Shown here piece by piece: positions 50,448 to 60,932 of a stretch of 64,000 bases of DNA (the stretch's first letter is position 1; the number at the start of each line of letters is the position of its first letter). The notes under the pieces were generated by a model, which did no database searches, was not told where the DNA came from, and saw only the letters and a program-made list of their open reading frames with translations. This stretch comes from Balanoglossus misakiensis (taxonomy: Eukaryota; Animalia; Hemichordata). The position numbers and the translations under genes were made by a program. The stretch spans positions 1-64,000 of the forward strand of contig JBECUI020000039.1 of the NCBI GenBank assembly GCA_040954595.2. Reading direction: 5' to 3'.

Positions 50448-50563
50448 TAACGTTGCCTCTGCTTATGTTTTGGATTTTTCTTACAAATAACACGCACCTG
50501 ACCTTTTCTCCTGATGACCTTACAATGTTCACAAATAGCTTTTACACTTACTCGAACTTTCAT
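50447..50563 (-). CDS. rpmJ: 50S ribosomal protein L36 (missing from the ORF track)
   Basis: Manual translation [38 protein letters not shown]; stop overlaps the rpsM start. Confidence 0.97.
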   Translation of the reverse strand: MKVRVSVKAICEHCKVIRRKGQVRVICKKNPKHKQRQR

Positions 50564-50587
50564 AATACATTCTCCTGCAATTTTATG

Positions 50588-51910
50588 CTACAGACTCCGC
50601 GAACGAATTCTACCCTTTTGCGTCAATCCTTCATGATGGTGCATTCGAAGATGCGCTTCAATCTGTGACATAAGATCTAAATCTACTCCTACTAGAATCA
50701 ACAACGAAGTTCCCCCCATAAAAAAAGCAAGCGCAGTTGGAAAATCCAAAAGGCTTTGCAAAAGGGATGGAATGATGGCTATTAATGCCAGAAAGAGTGC
50801 TCCGGGAAGAATTATTCTATTCAAAATTTTTGATAAACTACTTTCAATATTTTCTGAGCGAACGCCTGGAATAGATCCTCCGTTTTCACGTACATTTTTT
50901 GCAATTTCAAAAGGATTAAGCGTTACCTGTGTATAAAAATAGGCAAAAAAGACAATGAGAAGGGTGTACAATATCATATATAAAACACCATCAGGACGTA
51001 GCCACACTGCCATGCGTTGCAACCATGTAACGTTTGGACCTAGTCCCTGCAAAATCTGTAACGGGAAGGTCAACACGGAGGAGGCAAAGATAACCGGGAT
51101 AACTCCCGAAGGGTTAATCTTAAATGGTATATAGGTATTTTGCGACCCATACATCTTTCTACCGACAACTCGTTTCGCGTAGTGCACAGGAATTTTCCGC
51201 TGCCCACGCTGTTCGTATACTACCAATGCAATAACAAGAACAAACATGCCAAAAACAAGTATAACAAAAATCGGATTTAAATCCCCGTTCTGTACACTTC
51301 TAAACAGTTGCCATATTGCAGTAGGCATACGCGCAACAATTCCTGAAAAGATAATAAGCGAGATACCATTACCGATACCACGCTGATTTATCTGTTCCCC
51401 CATCCACATAAGAAAAATGGTCCCCGTTGTAACAGTCAACATCGATACAAGGGTATAGGGCAGACGTGCCATAGTTATGGCATCCGGTATGCTGTCTGCA
51501 TAGACAGTAACTGCAAATGATTGCACAAGGCAAACCAACACCGTGCCATAACGCGTATACTTTTGTATCTTTTTCCGTCCACCTTCTTCTTCGGATATGC
51601 GCTTTAATGCCGGAAAAACAATAACAAGCAACTGCATAATAATGGACATGGAAATATAGGGCATAATGCCCAACATAAAAATAGAAAAGCGAGTAAATGC
51701 ACCCCCGGCAAAGAAATCGAGATAACTGGCAATTGATATACCACCCGCACTTGCTTCCTGTGCCAGGAAATAGGCTTTCAATGCATTAACATTTATGCCT
51801 GGAATAGGTATTGCAGCACCAAGCCGAAAAACCAGAAGAATGCCAAGAGTAAAGAGAATCCGTGCGCGTAATTCGCGCATTTGAAATATTTCACCGATAA
51901 CGTTACGCAT
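50588..51910 (-). CDS. secY: Preprotein translocase SecY
   Basis: LGIMPYIS, GIGNGISLII, GVIPVIFA, GGTSLLI. Confidence 0.98.
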   Translation of the reverse strand: MRNVIGEIFQMRELRARILFTLGILLVFRLGAAIPIPGINVNALKAYFLAQEASAGGISIASYLDFFAGGAFTRFSIFMLGIMPYISMSIIMQLLVIVFPALKRISEEEGGRKKIQKYTRYGTVLVCLVQSFAVTVYADSIPDAITMARLPYTLVSMLTVTTGTIFLMWMGEQINQRGIGNGISLIIFSGIVARMPTAIWQLFRSVQNGDLNPIFVILVFGMFVLVIALVVYEQRGQRKIPVHYAKRVVGRKMYGSQNTYIPFKINPSGVIPVIFASSVLTFPLQILQGLGPNVTWLQRMAVWLRPDGVLYMILYTLLIVFFAYFYTQVTLNPFEIAKNVRENGGSIPGVRSENIESSLSKILNRIILPGALFLALIAIIPSLLQSLLDFPTALAFFMGGTSLLILVGVDLDLMSQIEAHLRMHHHEGLTQKGRIRSRSL

Positions 51911-52467
51911 TATCCCTCATCCTCCAACTCTTCTGTCTTTTGCTTTTTTTTCGGCACTTGTTTTTCTTGCACCTCTTCTGTCGCTTGTGTTGCTTGCACC
52001 TTTTCTGTTGCTTGTGTTGCTTGCGTTTCTTCCTTCGATATATCAGGCAAGCGACACCCTGCAGTAGCTAGTTTTTCCCGTGCAGTAGCAGACATTGCTA
52101 CCCCAGTAATGGTTAAACTCTTATCAATCTCGCCACTGGCAAGAATTTTTGCAGAATCGACAGCACGTTTTACCAACTTTTTCTGCTTGAGTAATTCAAG
52201 AGTTACTTCATCATTTTCCTGAAAAAAGCGTGAAAGATCCGTTAGACTAACAGATCCGACCATCTTACGAAATGGATAATTGGAAAAACCGCGTCTGGCA
52301 ATGCGCCGAAACAAGGGCATCTGTCCGCCCTCAAAGCCTGGCCGAACAGTATTACGTGCCTTCTGTCCTTTGGTTCCACGACCGCTTGTCTTGCCATAAC
52401 CGGAAGATGTGCCCCGTCCAACCCTCTTTCTATCTTTTCTTGCCCCCTTGGGCATAACTATTCTCAT
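51910..52467 (-). CDS. rplO: 50S ribosomal protein L15 with repeat tail
   Basis: RVGRG..GKTSGRG.KGQKAR, FEGGQMPL. Confidence 0.97.
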   Translation of the reverse strand: MRIVMPKGARKDRKRVGRGTSSGYGKTSGRGTKGQKARNTVRPGFEGGQMPLFRRIARRGFSNYPFRKMVGSVSLTDLSRFFQENDEVTLELLKQKKLVKRAVDSAKILASGEIDKSLTITGVAMSATAREKLATAGCRLPDISKEETQATQATEKVQATQATEEVQEKQVPKKKQKTEELEDEG

Positions 52468-52655
52468 ACAATTTCCTCATACTTTACAAGATGGATGACA
52501 TGGCGAACCATGCCCATAATAGCATCATTTGGCGTATGAACAACCTTGCTGTTGATTTTTCTTAAGCCGAGAGCCTTGAGTGTTCTTCGCTGTTTCGGCT
52601 TCTTACCAATAGGACTGCGAATAAGGGTTACACAAATTTGTTTCTTTTTTGCCAT
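52464..52655 (-). CDS. rpmD: 50S ribosomal protein L30
   Basis: RSPIG..TLKALGLRK; operon position. Confidence 0.95.
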   Translation of the reverse strand: MAKKKQICVTLIRSPIGKKPKQRRTLKALGLRKINSKVVHTPNDAIMGMVRHVIHLVKYEEIV

Positions 52656-53200
52656 TATTTCCCCATAACCTGAGACGTCGGTATGCCACGTCTTGCTGCT
52701 GTTTCTTTCAGAGTAAGCAACTGTTCAATACCATTAAAAGCAGCTTTAAGAACAGTCAAAACATTATGTGAACCGTGCAATTTGCTAAGAATATCATGAA
52801 TGCCTGCAGCTTCCATAACTGCACGGACAGGACCACCGGCAATAACACCGGTTCCTGGTGATGCAGGCAACATGGTAAGGGCTGCACTCTTGTACTTGCC
52901 GATAACCTGATGTGGTATTGTTCGCTGAAACATGCGAACATCAATGAATGTTCGGCGTGCCTTTTCGTTTGCCTTGCGTATGGATTCTGCAACATCATTT
53001 GCTTTGCCGTATCCATAGCCAACCTTGCCTTTACCATCTCCAACAACAACAAGTGCGGTAAAGGAGAAACGCCGCCCACCCTTTACAACCTTTGCAACTC
53101 GATTAAGCTTAATTAATTTTTCAATAAATTCAGGCTCGTCGGGCTTATTATTCTGTCTATTATTCTGCCTACTATTCTGTCTATTATACTTGCTTTCCAT
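52655..53200 (-). CDS. rpsE: 30S ribosomal protein S5
   Basis: NRVAKVVKGGRRFSF, PASPGTGVIAGG; start set at MESKYNRQ after an AGGA SD. Confidence 0.97.
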   Translation of the reverse strand: MESKYNRQNSRQNNRQNNKPDEPEFIEKLIKLNRVAKVVKGGRRFSFTALVVVGDGKGKVGYGYGKANDVAESIRKANEKARRTFIDVRMFQRTIPHQVIGKYKSAALTMLPASPGTGVIAGGPVRAVMEAAGIHDILSKLHGSHNVLTVLKAAFNGIEQLLTLKETAARRGIPTSQVMGK

Positions 53201-53216
53201 AATTATTTCCTGCAAT

Positions 53217-53564
53217 CTAAAATTGCATGCCCCCTTTTCGCAGTCCATCCGCAAATGCAGCAACAAGACCGTGATATTTAAAGCCGTTGCAATCATAGAC
53301 AAGACTATCAATGCCTTGTTTTTTTAACTGCTCCGACCAAATATTACCCAGTTTTTCTACATCAGCAATATTTCGTTTTAGTGCAGATAACTTGCCACTC
53401 ATCGTAGCTGCTATAGTACGCGATGCATCGTCGTCTATAAGCTGTGCATAAAAACATTGATGCGAGCGATAGATGCTCAGCCGCGGTCTGGTGGCGGTAC
53501 CGTATATTTTACCGCGGACTCGCCGTTTTCGCCGTAACCGGCGTTTTAATTTATCACTTATCAT
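53217..53564 (-). CDS. rplR: 50S ribosomal protein L18
   Basis: RPRLSIYRS, YAQLIDD, YHG. Confidence 0.95.
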   Translation of the reverse strand: MISDKLKRRLRRKRRVRGKIYGTATRPRLSIYRSHQCFYAQLIDDDASRTIAATMSGKLSALKRNIADVEKLGNIWSEQLKKQGIDSLVYDCNGFKYHGLVAAFADGLRKGGMQF

Positions 53565-54100
53565 TTAATTCCAGCCTTTCCAACCTTACGCCGTATTACT
53601 TCGTTCTGATAGCTAATACCCTTGCCTTTGTACGGCTCAGGCGGGCGCAGACTACGTATCTCTGCTGAGATCTGTCCAACCCGTTGTTTATTAATACCGC
53701 TGACAGTTAATTTATTTTGTCCCTCGAGCTGAAAAGTAATATCATCGGGAGCAACATATTCAATAGGCATAGAATAACCAAGATTCAATATGAGATCCTT
53801 CCCGCTTAACTCCGCACGATACCCGACTCCCGTAATAATAAGCACCCGAGTAAAACCGTCAACAACGCCAACTATCATATTATGTACTAACTGACGATAA
53901 AGTCCGTGCATCGAACGATTTCGAATACTATCATTCTTACGTGTAATAACACATTGTTCAGGTGATATTTCCAAGTCAATGCCAGGAACAAGGGCTTGCC
54001 TTTGCTCACCCTTAGGTCCGGTAACACATATAACATTGTTATCGACGGCAATCTTAACAGAAGACGGCAAAGTAATCGGTTGTAATCCAATACGTGACAT
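53561..54100 (-). CDS. rplF: 50S ribosomal protein L6
   Basis: MSRIG, GVGYRA, RPPEPYKGKGI. Confidence 0.98.
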   Translation of the reverse strand: MSRIGLQPITLPSSVKIAVDNNVICVTGPKGEQRQALVPGIDLEISPEQCVITRKNDSIRNRSMHGLYRQLVHNMIVGVVDGFTRVLIITGVGYRAELSGKDLILNLGYSMPIEYVAPDDITFQLEGQNKLTVSGINKQRVGQISAEIRSLRPPEPYKGKGISYQNEVIRRKVGKAGIK

Positions 54101-54112
54101 AACTATCTCTCT

Positions 54113-54511
54113 CTACCAGACGGAGCAAATAAGCTCACCGCCAACCTTTTTTTGTCGAGCACGATAGTCGGGTAAAACCCCTTGAGCAGTAGAAACAATT
54201 AATGTACCTAGACCACTCAATACTTTGGGCATATCCCTATAACCGAAGTAAACCCGACAACCAGGCTTTGAAATTCGTTTGATATTCCTAATTACAGGCT
54301 TCTCATTACTATCGTATTTCAGATAGACACAAAAATTCTGGTGCTTAGCATCACGAACAATCTTAAAACTCTCTATATAACCTTCATGCTTTAGAATTTT
54401 AAGAACTTCCGATGTCATATTGACAACTCTGAGATAGACAAATTCATTGCCTGCCATTGCTGCATTTCTAATTTTTGTTAGCATATCTGCAATAGGATCT
54501 GAAACTGACAT
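54113..54511 (-). CDS. rpsH: 30S ribosomal protein S8
   Basis: DPIADMLTKIRNA, SKPG, GGELIC. Confidence 0.98.
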   Translation of the reverse strand: MSVSDPIADMLTKIRNAAMAGNEFVYLRVVNMTSEVLKILKHEGYIESFKIVRDAKHQNFCVYLKYDSNEKPVIRNIKRISKPGCRVYFGYRDMPKVLSGLGTLIVSTAQGVLPDYRARQKKVGGELICSVW

Positions 54512-54513
54512 AA

Positions 54514-54699
54514 CTACCAACTCGACTTTCTTACACCGGGAATTAATCCCTTACTCGCAAGATTTCTAAAACATATGCGACACATCTTGAATGCCCTCAT
54601 ATATCCTCGCGGGCGACCACATATCTTACACCGATTGTTTGTGCGAGACATGTACTTTGGCGGGCGTTCTGCCCGAACAACAAGTGCTTTACGCGCCAT
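54514..54699 (-). CDS. rpsN: 30S ribosomal protein S14 type Z (zinc-binding)
   Basis: 61 aa, [16 protein letters not shown]. Confidence 0.97.
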   Translation of the reverse strand: MARKALVVRAERPPKYMSRTNNRCKICGRPRGYMRAFKMCRICFRNLASKGLIPGVRKSSW

Positions 54700-54701
54700 A
54701 T

Positions 54702-55253
54702 CTATACCTTCCTAAAGGGAAACTGAAACATCGTAAGAAGTTCCCGTGCTTCTGCATCGCTACGTGCAGTGGTTCCAATAACAATGGTCAGTCCGGTAAT
54801 TGCACTGATCTTGTCATAATTAATTTCAGGGAATACAATGTGTTCGCGAATCCCCAACGAGTAATTACCATGACCGTCAAATGAGTTTAGACTTAAGCCA
54901 CGAAAATCTCTCGTTCTCGGTAAAACCGTATGAATTAACCGATAAAGAAAATCATACATGCGATTTCCCCGTAATTGTACCCGAACACCAACTTGCATAC
55001 CGGCACGCAACTTAAATGCGGCTACCGACTTACGAGCCTTTGTTTTAACTGCCCGTTGCCCGGCAATTAAACTTAACTCATTTACCCCGTTGTCAAGAGC
55101 CTGCTTGTTGCGGATCGCTTCACCGATGCCCATACTCAAAGAAATTTTTTCAAGTTTCGGCACCTGCATAATGCTTGCATACTGTAACTGCTCTTTGAGT
55201 TCAAAGCAATACTTTTTGTAATATTCTTCCTTAAATAACGGTATATATGCCAT
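54702..55253 (-). CDS. rplE: 50S ribosomal protein L5
   Basis: PKLEKI, RDFRG, FDGHGNY, FPEI. Confidence 0.98.
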   Translation of the reverse strand: MAYIPLFKEEYYKKYCFELKEQLQYASIMQVPKLEKISLSMGIGEAIRNKQALDNGVNELSLIAGQRAVKTKARKSVAAFKLRAGMQVGVRVQLRGNRMYDFLYRLIHTVLPRTRDFRGLSLNSFDGHGNYSLGIREHIVFPEINYDKISAITGLTIVIGTTARSDAEARELLTMFQFPFRKV

Positions 55254-55594
55254 TATATTGTTTCCTGTGTCTTCTGTGCAATGCGTTCCTTCTTGCCAGC
55301 ATCCGTTATTCGCATAGCAGTTCTTGTCCGCTTGCCGGACTTCGTTTGCAACATCAAATTGGAAATATGCACAGGAGCTTCAATTTCAATAATGCCCCCC
55401 TGCTCTTCCTGAGAACGTTTTTTGACCGCCTTCTTTACAATGTTGACATCCTTAACGAAGGCAACCCCACGACTGCGGTCTATACGCAATATTGCACCTG
55501 TTTTTCCTTTACTCCGCCCTGTGATAACAAGGACTTTGTCGTTCTTTTTAAGTTTGCACCGTTTAAGCGGAATTTTTTTCTTTCTTTTAATCAT
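55253..55594 (-). CDS. rplX: 50S ribosomal protein L24
   Basis: KOW motif DKVLVITGRSKGKTG, EAPVHISN. Confidence 0.97.
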   Translation of the reverse strand: MIKRKKKIPLKRCKLKKNDKVLVITGRSKGKTGAILRIDRSRGVAFVKDVNIVKKAVKKRSQEEQGGIIEIEAPVHISNLMLQTKSGKRTRTAMRITDAGKKERIAQKTQETI

Positions 55595-55959
55595 TATAAT
55601 ACCTCCGGCGCAAGTGAAATAATTTTCATGTAGGAATCACGAAGTTCCCTTCCGACAGGACCAAAAATACGTTTTCCTTTTGGATTGTTCGTCGCATCAA
55701 TAATAACGCAGGCATTATCATCAAAGCGAATATAGGTTCCGTCAAGCCGCCGAATTTCCTTCTTGGTCCGAACAATAACCGCCCGTTCAACATTTCCTTT
55801 GCGGATTGCTGAATCCGGAAGAGTATTCCTTATCGCAATAACGACAATATCCCCTATACGAGCATACCTTCGCCTACTCCCGCCTAATACCTTAATGCAT
55901 CGTGCAGTTCTCGGACCACTGTTGTCTGCTACATTTAATATAGTCTGAGTTTGTACCAT
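55594..55959 (-). CDS. rplN: 50S ribosomal protein L14
   Basis: VADNSG, IRFDDNA, RIFGPV. Confidence 0.98.
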   Translation of the reverse strand: MVQTQTILNVADNSGPRTARCIKVLGGSRRRYARIGDIVVIAIRNTLPDSAIRKGNVERAVIVRTKKEIRRLDGTYIRFDDNACVIIDATNNPKGKRIFGPVGRELRDSYMKIISLAPEVL

Positions 55960-55968
55960 AGCTTTTTA

Positions 55969-56253
55969 CTACCGTTGCCTCTCTAAAATCGCCACTAGTT
56001 CCCAAGTCTTATTCTTGCTATACGGGCGAGATTCAATAATCTGCACAACATCACCTTGTGCTGCACGATTCTCGCCATCATGCGCCATAAACTTTTTTGA
56101 TCGGGTAATACGTTTCTTGTATAAGCCATGTACCATACGACGAGATACCCGAACAAGAACAGATTTGTCCATCTTATCACTGACAACTAGTCCTTGTAAT
56201 ATCTTTTTTCTACTTGTTTTAACTTTCTGAGACGGAATAATTTCTTCAATCAT
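55969..56253 (-). CDS. rpsQ: 30S ribosomal protein S17
   Basis: GLVVSDKMDKS, ESRPYSKNK. Confidence 0.97.
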   Translation of the reverse strand: MIEEIIPSQKVKTSRKKILQGLVVSDKMDKSVLVRVSRRMVHGLYKKRITRSKKFMAHDGENRAAQGDVVQIIESRPYSKNKTWELVAILERQR

Positions 56254-56452
56254 TTTTGTTACCTAATTTCTGAACTGCTTCGTAGATACGAGTATGCACA
56301 CGGGCAAGCTCTCTGCGGGCAGTACGAACACGCACGGGATTGGAAACATGTCCAACCACCTTGTCAATACGCAGCTTAAACACTTCTTTACGTAAACTTT
56401 CTCTTTTTGCTATGAGTTCATCCAAAGTCATATCTTTAAAACGATTCTTCAT
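56246..56452 (-). CDS. rpmC: 50S ribosomal protein L29
   Basis: [15 protein letters not shown]; operon position. Confidence 0.93.
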   Translation of the reverse strand: MKNRFKDMTLDELIAKRESLRKEVFKLRIDKVVGHVSNPVRVRTARRELARVHTRIYEAVQKLGNKND

Positions 56453-56871
56453 GCCAGTTGCCTCGCCACAAACCTTGTACTTACCGGCAACTTGCCAGTT
56501 GCACTACGCACCGCTGCCTCAGCCAATTCACGCGGAACACCTGTTAATTCAAAAATAATAGTGCCCTTCTTAATTGGAGCACACCAGCATTCAAGAGAAC
56601 CCTTGCCCTTACCCATACGGGTTTCCGCCGGTTTTTTAGTATACGGAAAATCCGGAAATATACGAATCCAAACCTTGCCACCACGACGGATCGTGCGAGT
56701 TAAAGCAATACGGGCAGCCTCTAATTGTCGATCAGTAATAAGTGCCGGCGACATTGCCATAAGACCAAACTCGCCAAATGCCAGTGTAGAAGTTCTACAC
56801 GCCGTGCCACCTAGTAAGCGCTTTATGCGACGTTGTTGCTTGCGATATTTCGTTTTCTTAGGACTGAGCAT
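56449..56871 (-). CDS. rplP: 50S ribosomal protein L16
   Basis: [22 protein letters not shown]. Confidence 0.98.
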   Translation of the reverse strand: MLSPKKTKYRKQQRRIKRLLGGTACRTSTLAFGEFGLMAMSPALITDRQLEAARIALTRTIRRGGKVWIRIFPDFPYTKKPAETRMGKGKGSLECWCAPIKKGTIIFELTGVPRELAEAAVRSATGKLPVSTRFVARQLA

Positions 56872-57583
56872 TATCTTTTTCCGTTGTTAAAAACATATCG
56901 TTTCGAGAATCACCCCAGGAGAGGCCTAACTGCTTGTTTCGCTGATCTTGTATGTTGATATCACCCACAAAGACCCATGTCTTTACACCGATAACACCAT
57001 AGGTCGTCTTTGCTTCAGCAAAACCATAATCAATATTCTTCCAAAGAGTATGGAGCGGCACACTTCCCTGCATATATACCTCAGAACGAGACATTTCCGC
57101 ACCACCTAGCCTGCCCGAGACCCGAACCTTGATGCCAAGTATTCCTGCCTTCATGGCGTTGCTAATTGCAATCTTCATTGCTCGACGAAAAGAGCCCCGT
57201 CCTCTGAGTTGCTTGGCAACATTCAAAGCAACGAGCTGTGCGTTTATCTCCGGTTTTTGTACCTCTCGGACCTTAATTTGCAACTTCTCTTTGACCAGTT
57301 TCTGCAATTTTGTACTAATTTTTTCTATAGTCACGCCCTTCGTACCAATAATAATACCAGGTTGGGCAGTATAGAGAATTACAGTCAGTCGTTGTGGTTG
57401 ACGTACAATTCCCACATTTGCTATGTCGGCACCGCCAAGTTCCGGCATTTTGTCAATACACCGACGAATATTGATGTCTTCGTGCAAAACAGTGGCGTAT
57501 TCTCGCGATCGTACATACCATCGAGAACGCCAACTATTCGTTATGCCGAGACGCAACCCATAAGGGTTTACTTTCTGACCCAT
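56858..57583 (-). CDS. rpsC: 30S ribosomal protein S3
   Basis: [30 protein letters not shown]. Confidence 0.98.
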   Translation of the reverse strand: MGQKVNPYGLRLGITNSWRSRWYVRSREYATVLHEDINIRRCIDKMPELGGADIANVGIVRQPQRLTVILYTAQPGIIIGTKGVTIEKISTKLQKLVKEKLQIKVREVQKPEINAQLVALNVAKQLRGRGSFRRAMKIAISNAMKAGILGIKVRVSGRLGGAEMSRSEVYMQGSVPLHTLWKNIDYGFAEAKTTYGVIGVKTWVFVGDINIQDQRNKQLGLSWGDSRNDMFLTTEKDNAQS

Positions 57584-57936
57584 TACGAACCTTCCTTATC
57601 TATGGTAGAAACAACCGCAACGATATGACTCATTCGTTTGCGTAAGACATCTGCACGACCTCGAGCACGAGGCCACATGCGCCGCGCCCGTGGACCATCG
57701 TTGATATAACATTGCTCAACATACAGTGTTTCTTCGTCTATATCCTTATCAAATTGTATAATATTGCTTATTGCTGAACGAATTACCTTGCTAAGAGCTT
57801 GACTGCCTCGGTGCGGTAACACGTCCAGTATTGCAAGACCCTCTCGTACGGGCTTGCGACGAACGCTGTTTGCTAAACGCCTCAGCTTAAATGGTGCAAT
57901 CGAAACAAATTTTGCAGTTGCTTTCCCAGTTGCCAT
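57583..57936 (-). CDS. rplV: 50S ribosomal protein L22
   Basis: PRARGRA..KRMSHI. Confidence 0.96.
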   Translation of the reverse strand: MATGKATAKFVSIAPFKLRRLANSVRRKPVREGLAILDVLPHRGSQALSKVIRSAISNIIQFDKDIDEETLYVEQCYINDGPRARRMWPRARGRADVLRKRMSHIVAVVSTIDKEGS

Positions 57937-57942
57937 ATTGTG

Positions 57943-58224
57943 CTACCTTTTGCTTACCTTTCTATCCGAACCTTGATGTCCGCGAAATAACCGGGTCGGT
58001 GCAAACTCTCCGAGTTTATGACCCACAAGATGTTCAGTGACATATACAGGGATCCAACTCTTCCCATTGTATACCGAAATAGTAAGTCCTACCATTTCCG
58101 GAATAATCATTGAACAACGAGAATAAGTTTTTAATGGTCTTTTCTGTTCACTCTTGCCGACCTCAATAACTTTATGATAGAGAGATTTTTCTATGAAAGG
58201 ACCTTTCTTAATTGAACGTGACAT
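57943..58224 (-). CDS. rpsS: 30S ribosomal protein S19
   Basis: [19 protein letters not shown]. Confidence 0.98.
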   Translation of the reverse strand: MSRSIKKGPFIEKSLYHKVIEVGKSEQKRPLKTYSRCSMIIPEMVGLTISVYNGKSWIPVYVTEHLVGHKLGEFAPTRLFRGHQGSDRKVSKR

Positions 58225-58227
58225 ATT

Positions 58228-59052
58228 CTATTTTCGCCTCTTTACTATCAGTCGGTTTGACTTACGTTTTTTTCGCGTCTTATATCCCTTCGTTGGTTGT
58301 CCCCAAGGACTAACCGGATGTCTGCCCCCGGATGTTTTGCCTTCCCCACCGCCATGGGGATGATCAACAGGGTTCATAACAACACCGCGAACCTTCGGTC
58401 TGCGCCCAAGCCATCGTGCTCGACCAGCCTTGCCTAAGATTCGGTTCATCTGATCTTCATTGCTCAACGAGCCAATGCTTGCATAACACTTACTTAACAC
58501 CATTCTCATTTCCGAGGAAGGCATACGCAATGTTACGTATTTGCCCGATCGGGAAGCAAGGGTTGCCCCTGTGCCGGCAGCACGAACCATTTGACCGCCT
58601 TTTCCTGGGCTGATCTCTACATTATGAACAACCGTACCAAGAGATATTATCTCCAAAGGAAGATGGTTGCCTGTCTCAGGTGGCGCCTTTGGGCCACTCA
58701 TGACAACTGCACCACGAACAAGTTTTTTAGGTGCTAAGATGTAGCGTTTTTCTCCATCGGCGTAATGTACCAATGCAATATTTGCTGACCTGTTCGGATC
58801 GTACTCGATAGAAAAAACCTTGCCTGGAATACCAAACTTATTTCTCTTAAAATCAATCAGGCGATATTTTCGCTTATGCCCGCCACCTCGGCGTCGGACA
58901 GTTATGCGACCACTACTAGCTGATCGCGCAGATATGCGCTTTTTGCCCTTTGTAAGGGACTTCTCAGGCTTGTCTCTGGTTAAATCTTCCCAAGTCTGAG
59001 ATTGATAAAACCGCATAGCCGGGGTTGTTGGTTTATATGTTTTCAAACCCAT
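58228..59052 (-). CDS. rplB: 50S ribosomal protein L2
   Basis: [20 protein letters not shown]. Confidence 0.99.
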   Translation of the reverse strand: MGLKTYKPTTPAMRFYQSQTWEDLTRDKPEKSLTKGKKRISARSASSGRITVRRRGGGHKRKYRLIDFKRNKFGIPGKVFSIEYDPNRSANIALVHYADGEKRYILAPKKLVRGAVVMSGPKAPPETGNHLPLEIISLGTVVHNVEISPGKGGQMVRAAGTGATLASRSGKYVTLRMPSSEMRMVLSKCYASIGSLSNEDQMNRILGKAGRARWLGRRPKVRGVVMNPVDHPHGGGEGKTSGGRHPVSPWGQPTKGYKTRKKRKSNRLIVKRRK

Positions 59053-59337
59053 CTAAGCATTCTCCAATTCGGTAATCTTTTCGCCCTTTTGCAAGGTAAT
59101 AATGGCTTTTTTCCAACAAGAAGTGTAGCCCTTAACATAACGAACGCGTTTCGGCTTTCCCTTGACATTCTGTATTCTACATGCAACAGGATGAACGTTA
59201 AATAAGTCCGCAATGGCTTTTTTTATCATAATTTTGTTGGCACGAGAATTAACTCTGAACACATAAACGCCGTTTTCCTGCATAATGGTTGTTTTCTCGG
59301 TGAGAATTGGACTAAGAACAATATCTTCAGGAATCAT
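59053..59337 (-). CDS. rplW: 50S ribosomal protein L23
   Basis: PILTEK, ANK..IK, WKKAI. Confidence 0.95.
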   Translation of the reverse strand: MIPEDIVLSPILTEKTTIMQENGVYVFRVNSRANKIMIKKAIADLFNVHPVACRIQNVKGKPKRVRYVKGYTSCWKKAIITLQKGEKITELENA

Positions 59338-59968
59338 TTTTTCTCCTCGCATAGAACTCGTTGAGAGTCTCGGCAGCTGATTTCATAACAAGAATCTGTC
59401 GTGCATACAAGAGATCATGCACGCTTAATCGTGTGCAATTCAAGTACTGTACCCACGGAACATTAGATGCCGAACGCTTAACCATAGGATCATTATCTTT
59501 CATAATTAAGACCATACGTTTTTTCTCGGAACAGAGCGGGGCAAGAATTTTTAGAAAATCTTTTGTCTTTCCACTCTCAACAGTAAAATCCTCAATAATA
59601 CGCAAGCGGTTTTCCTGTAATTTCTGACTTAACATAGATTGTACGGCAAGGCGTCGGATCTTACGCGGAGGGCTGTATGAGTAATCACGAGGAAGTGGAC
59701 CAAAAATAGTACCACCACCCTTCCAAAGTGGAGACTTGCGGGTACCTGCGCGCGCACGCCCAAGTCCTTTTTGCCTCCAGGGCTTTCGGTTACTTCCACG
59801 AACATCTGATCGACCTTTCGTAGATGCCGTACCAACACGACTGTTCGCACGTTCACTACGTACAGCATGATAGACCGAACCACTACTTGGCTTCTTGCCA
59901 AACACGTAGTCGTCTAACTCTATATTTTGAACAACGTCTCCGGTTAATGCATATACATCAGCGGTCAC
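59327..59968 (-). CDS. rplD: 50S ribosomal protein L4
   Basis: [21 protein letters not shown]; GTG start after AAGGAG. Confidence 0.97.
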   Translation of the reverse strand: MTADVYALTGDVVQNIELDDYVFGKKPSSGSVYHAVRSERANSRVGTASTKGRSDVRGSNRKPWRQKGLGRARAGTRKSPLWKGGGTIFGPLPRDYSYSPPRKIRRLAVQSMLSQKLQENRLRIIEDFTVESGKTKDFLKILAPLCSEKKRMVLIMKDNDPMVKRSASNVPWVQYLNCTRLSVHDLLYARQILVMKSAAETLNEFYARRKNDS

Positions 59969-60600
59969 AGCACTAACTCCTTTTTGCAAGCAGAACGGAC
60001 ATAGACTGTCCCACCCATGGGACCGGGAACTGCACCCTGTACCATCATGACTCCTTCTTCCGGCAATACCTTCATAAGACGGAGATTCTGTACAGTTGTA
60101 CGCGCATTTCCCATACGACCAGGCATTTTTGTACCCTTAATAATCTTGGCAGGATAGGCAGCCATACCGGTAGACCCAGCACCACGATGAAATTTTGAAC
60201 CGTGAGTCTTCGGTCCGCCATGGAATCCATGACGCCGCATAACACCCTGAAATCCCTTGCCCTTGGAGAAACCGGTTACATCGATAAATAGTGTATCCTT
60301 AAATATATCGACAGTAAACTCTTGCCCCTCCTCGTACGATAGAGTAAACCCCCGAAACTCACAAATTTCTTGTTTCGGGGGCATACCCTTTGGGAATTGT
60401 CCTAAGACAGGCTTCTTTACACGAGAAGGTTTTCTGTCTTTTGCACCTAACAACACGGCTTCATAGCCATCAATTTCCGGCATCAGTTTCCGGATGACAA
60501 GGTTTGGCTCTATCCGTATAATAGTAACGGGTACTAATACGCCCCCATCCTCATTAAAAAATTGAGACATACCCGTTTTTACGCCAATTAATCCAATCAT
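59965..60600 (-). CDS. rplC: 50S ribosomal protein L3
   Basis: KGKGFQG, HGSKFHR, KMPGRMG. Confidence 0.98.
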   Translation of the reverse strand: MIGLIGVKTGMSQFFNEDGGVLVPVTIIRIEPNLVIRKLMPEIDGYEAVLLGAKDRKPSRVKKPVLGQFPKGMPPKQEICEFRGFTLSYEEGQEFTVDIFKDTLFIDVTGFSKGKGFQGVMRRHGFHGGPKTHGSKFHRGAGSTGMAAYPAKIIKGTKMPGRMGNARTTVQNLRLMKVLPEEGVMMVQGAVPGPMGGTVYVRSACKKELVL

Positions 60601-60615
60601 TCTCGCACCATATTC

Positions 60616-60927
60616 TTACTGCTGTATCTCTACATCAACGCCTGCAGGCAACTCAAGTTTCATGAGTGAAGTCATAACCTCTTCTGAAAGGTTACGAATA
60701 TCAATAAGTCGCTTATGAGTTCTCATCTCAAACTGCTCACGGGATTTCTTATCCACGTGAGGTGAACGAAGCACTGTATATTTCTGTATCCTCGTAGGAA
60801 GCGGAACTGGTCCTGAGACAACAGCCCCTACTCTTTTTACCGTGTCTACAATAGACCGTGCACTCTGATCAATGAGTTTTACATCAAACCCACGTAAACG
60901 TACTCGTATTCTCTCGCCTATCATCAA
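60616..60927 (-). CDS. rpsJ: 30S ribosomal protein S10
   Basis: [21 protein letters not shown]. Confidence 0.98.
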   Translation of the reverse strand: MMIGERIRVRLRGFDVKLIDQSARSIVDTVKRVGAVVSGPVPLPTRIQKYTVLRSPHVDKKSREQFEMRTHKRLIDIRNLSEEVMTSLMKLELPAGVDVEIQQ

Positions 60928-60932
60928 TCAAT

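Noticed and set aside
53201-53311. Long N-terminal extension of S5 in the ORF track
   Set aside because: Overlaps rplR; an SD supports the start at 53200
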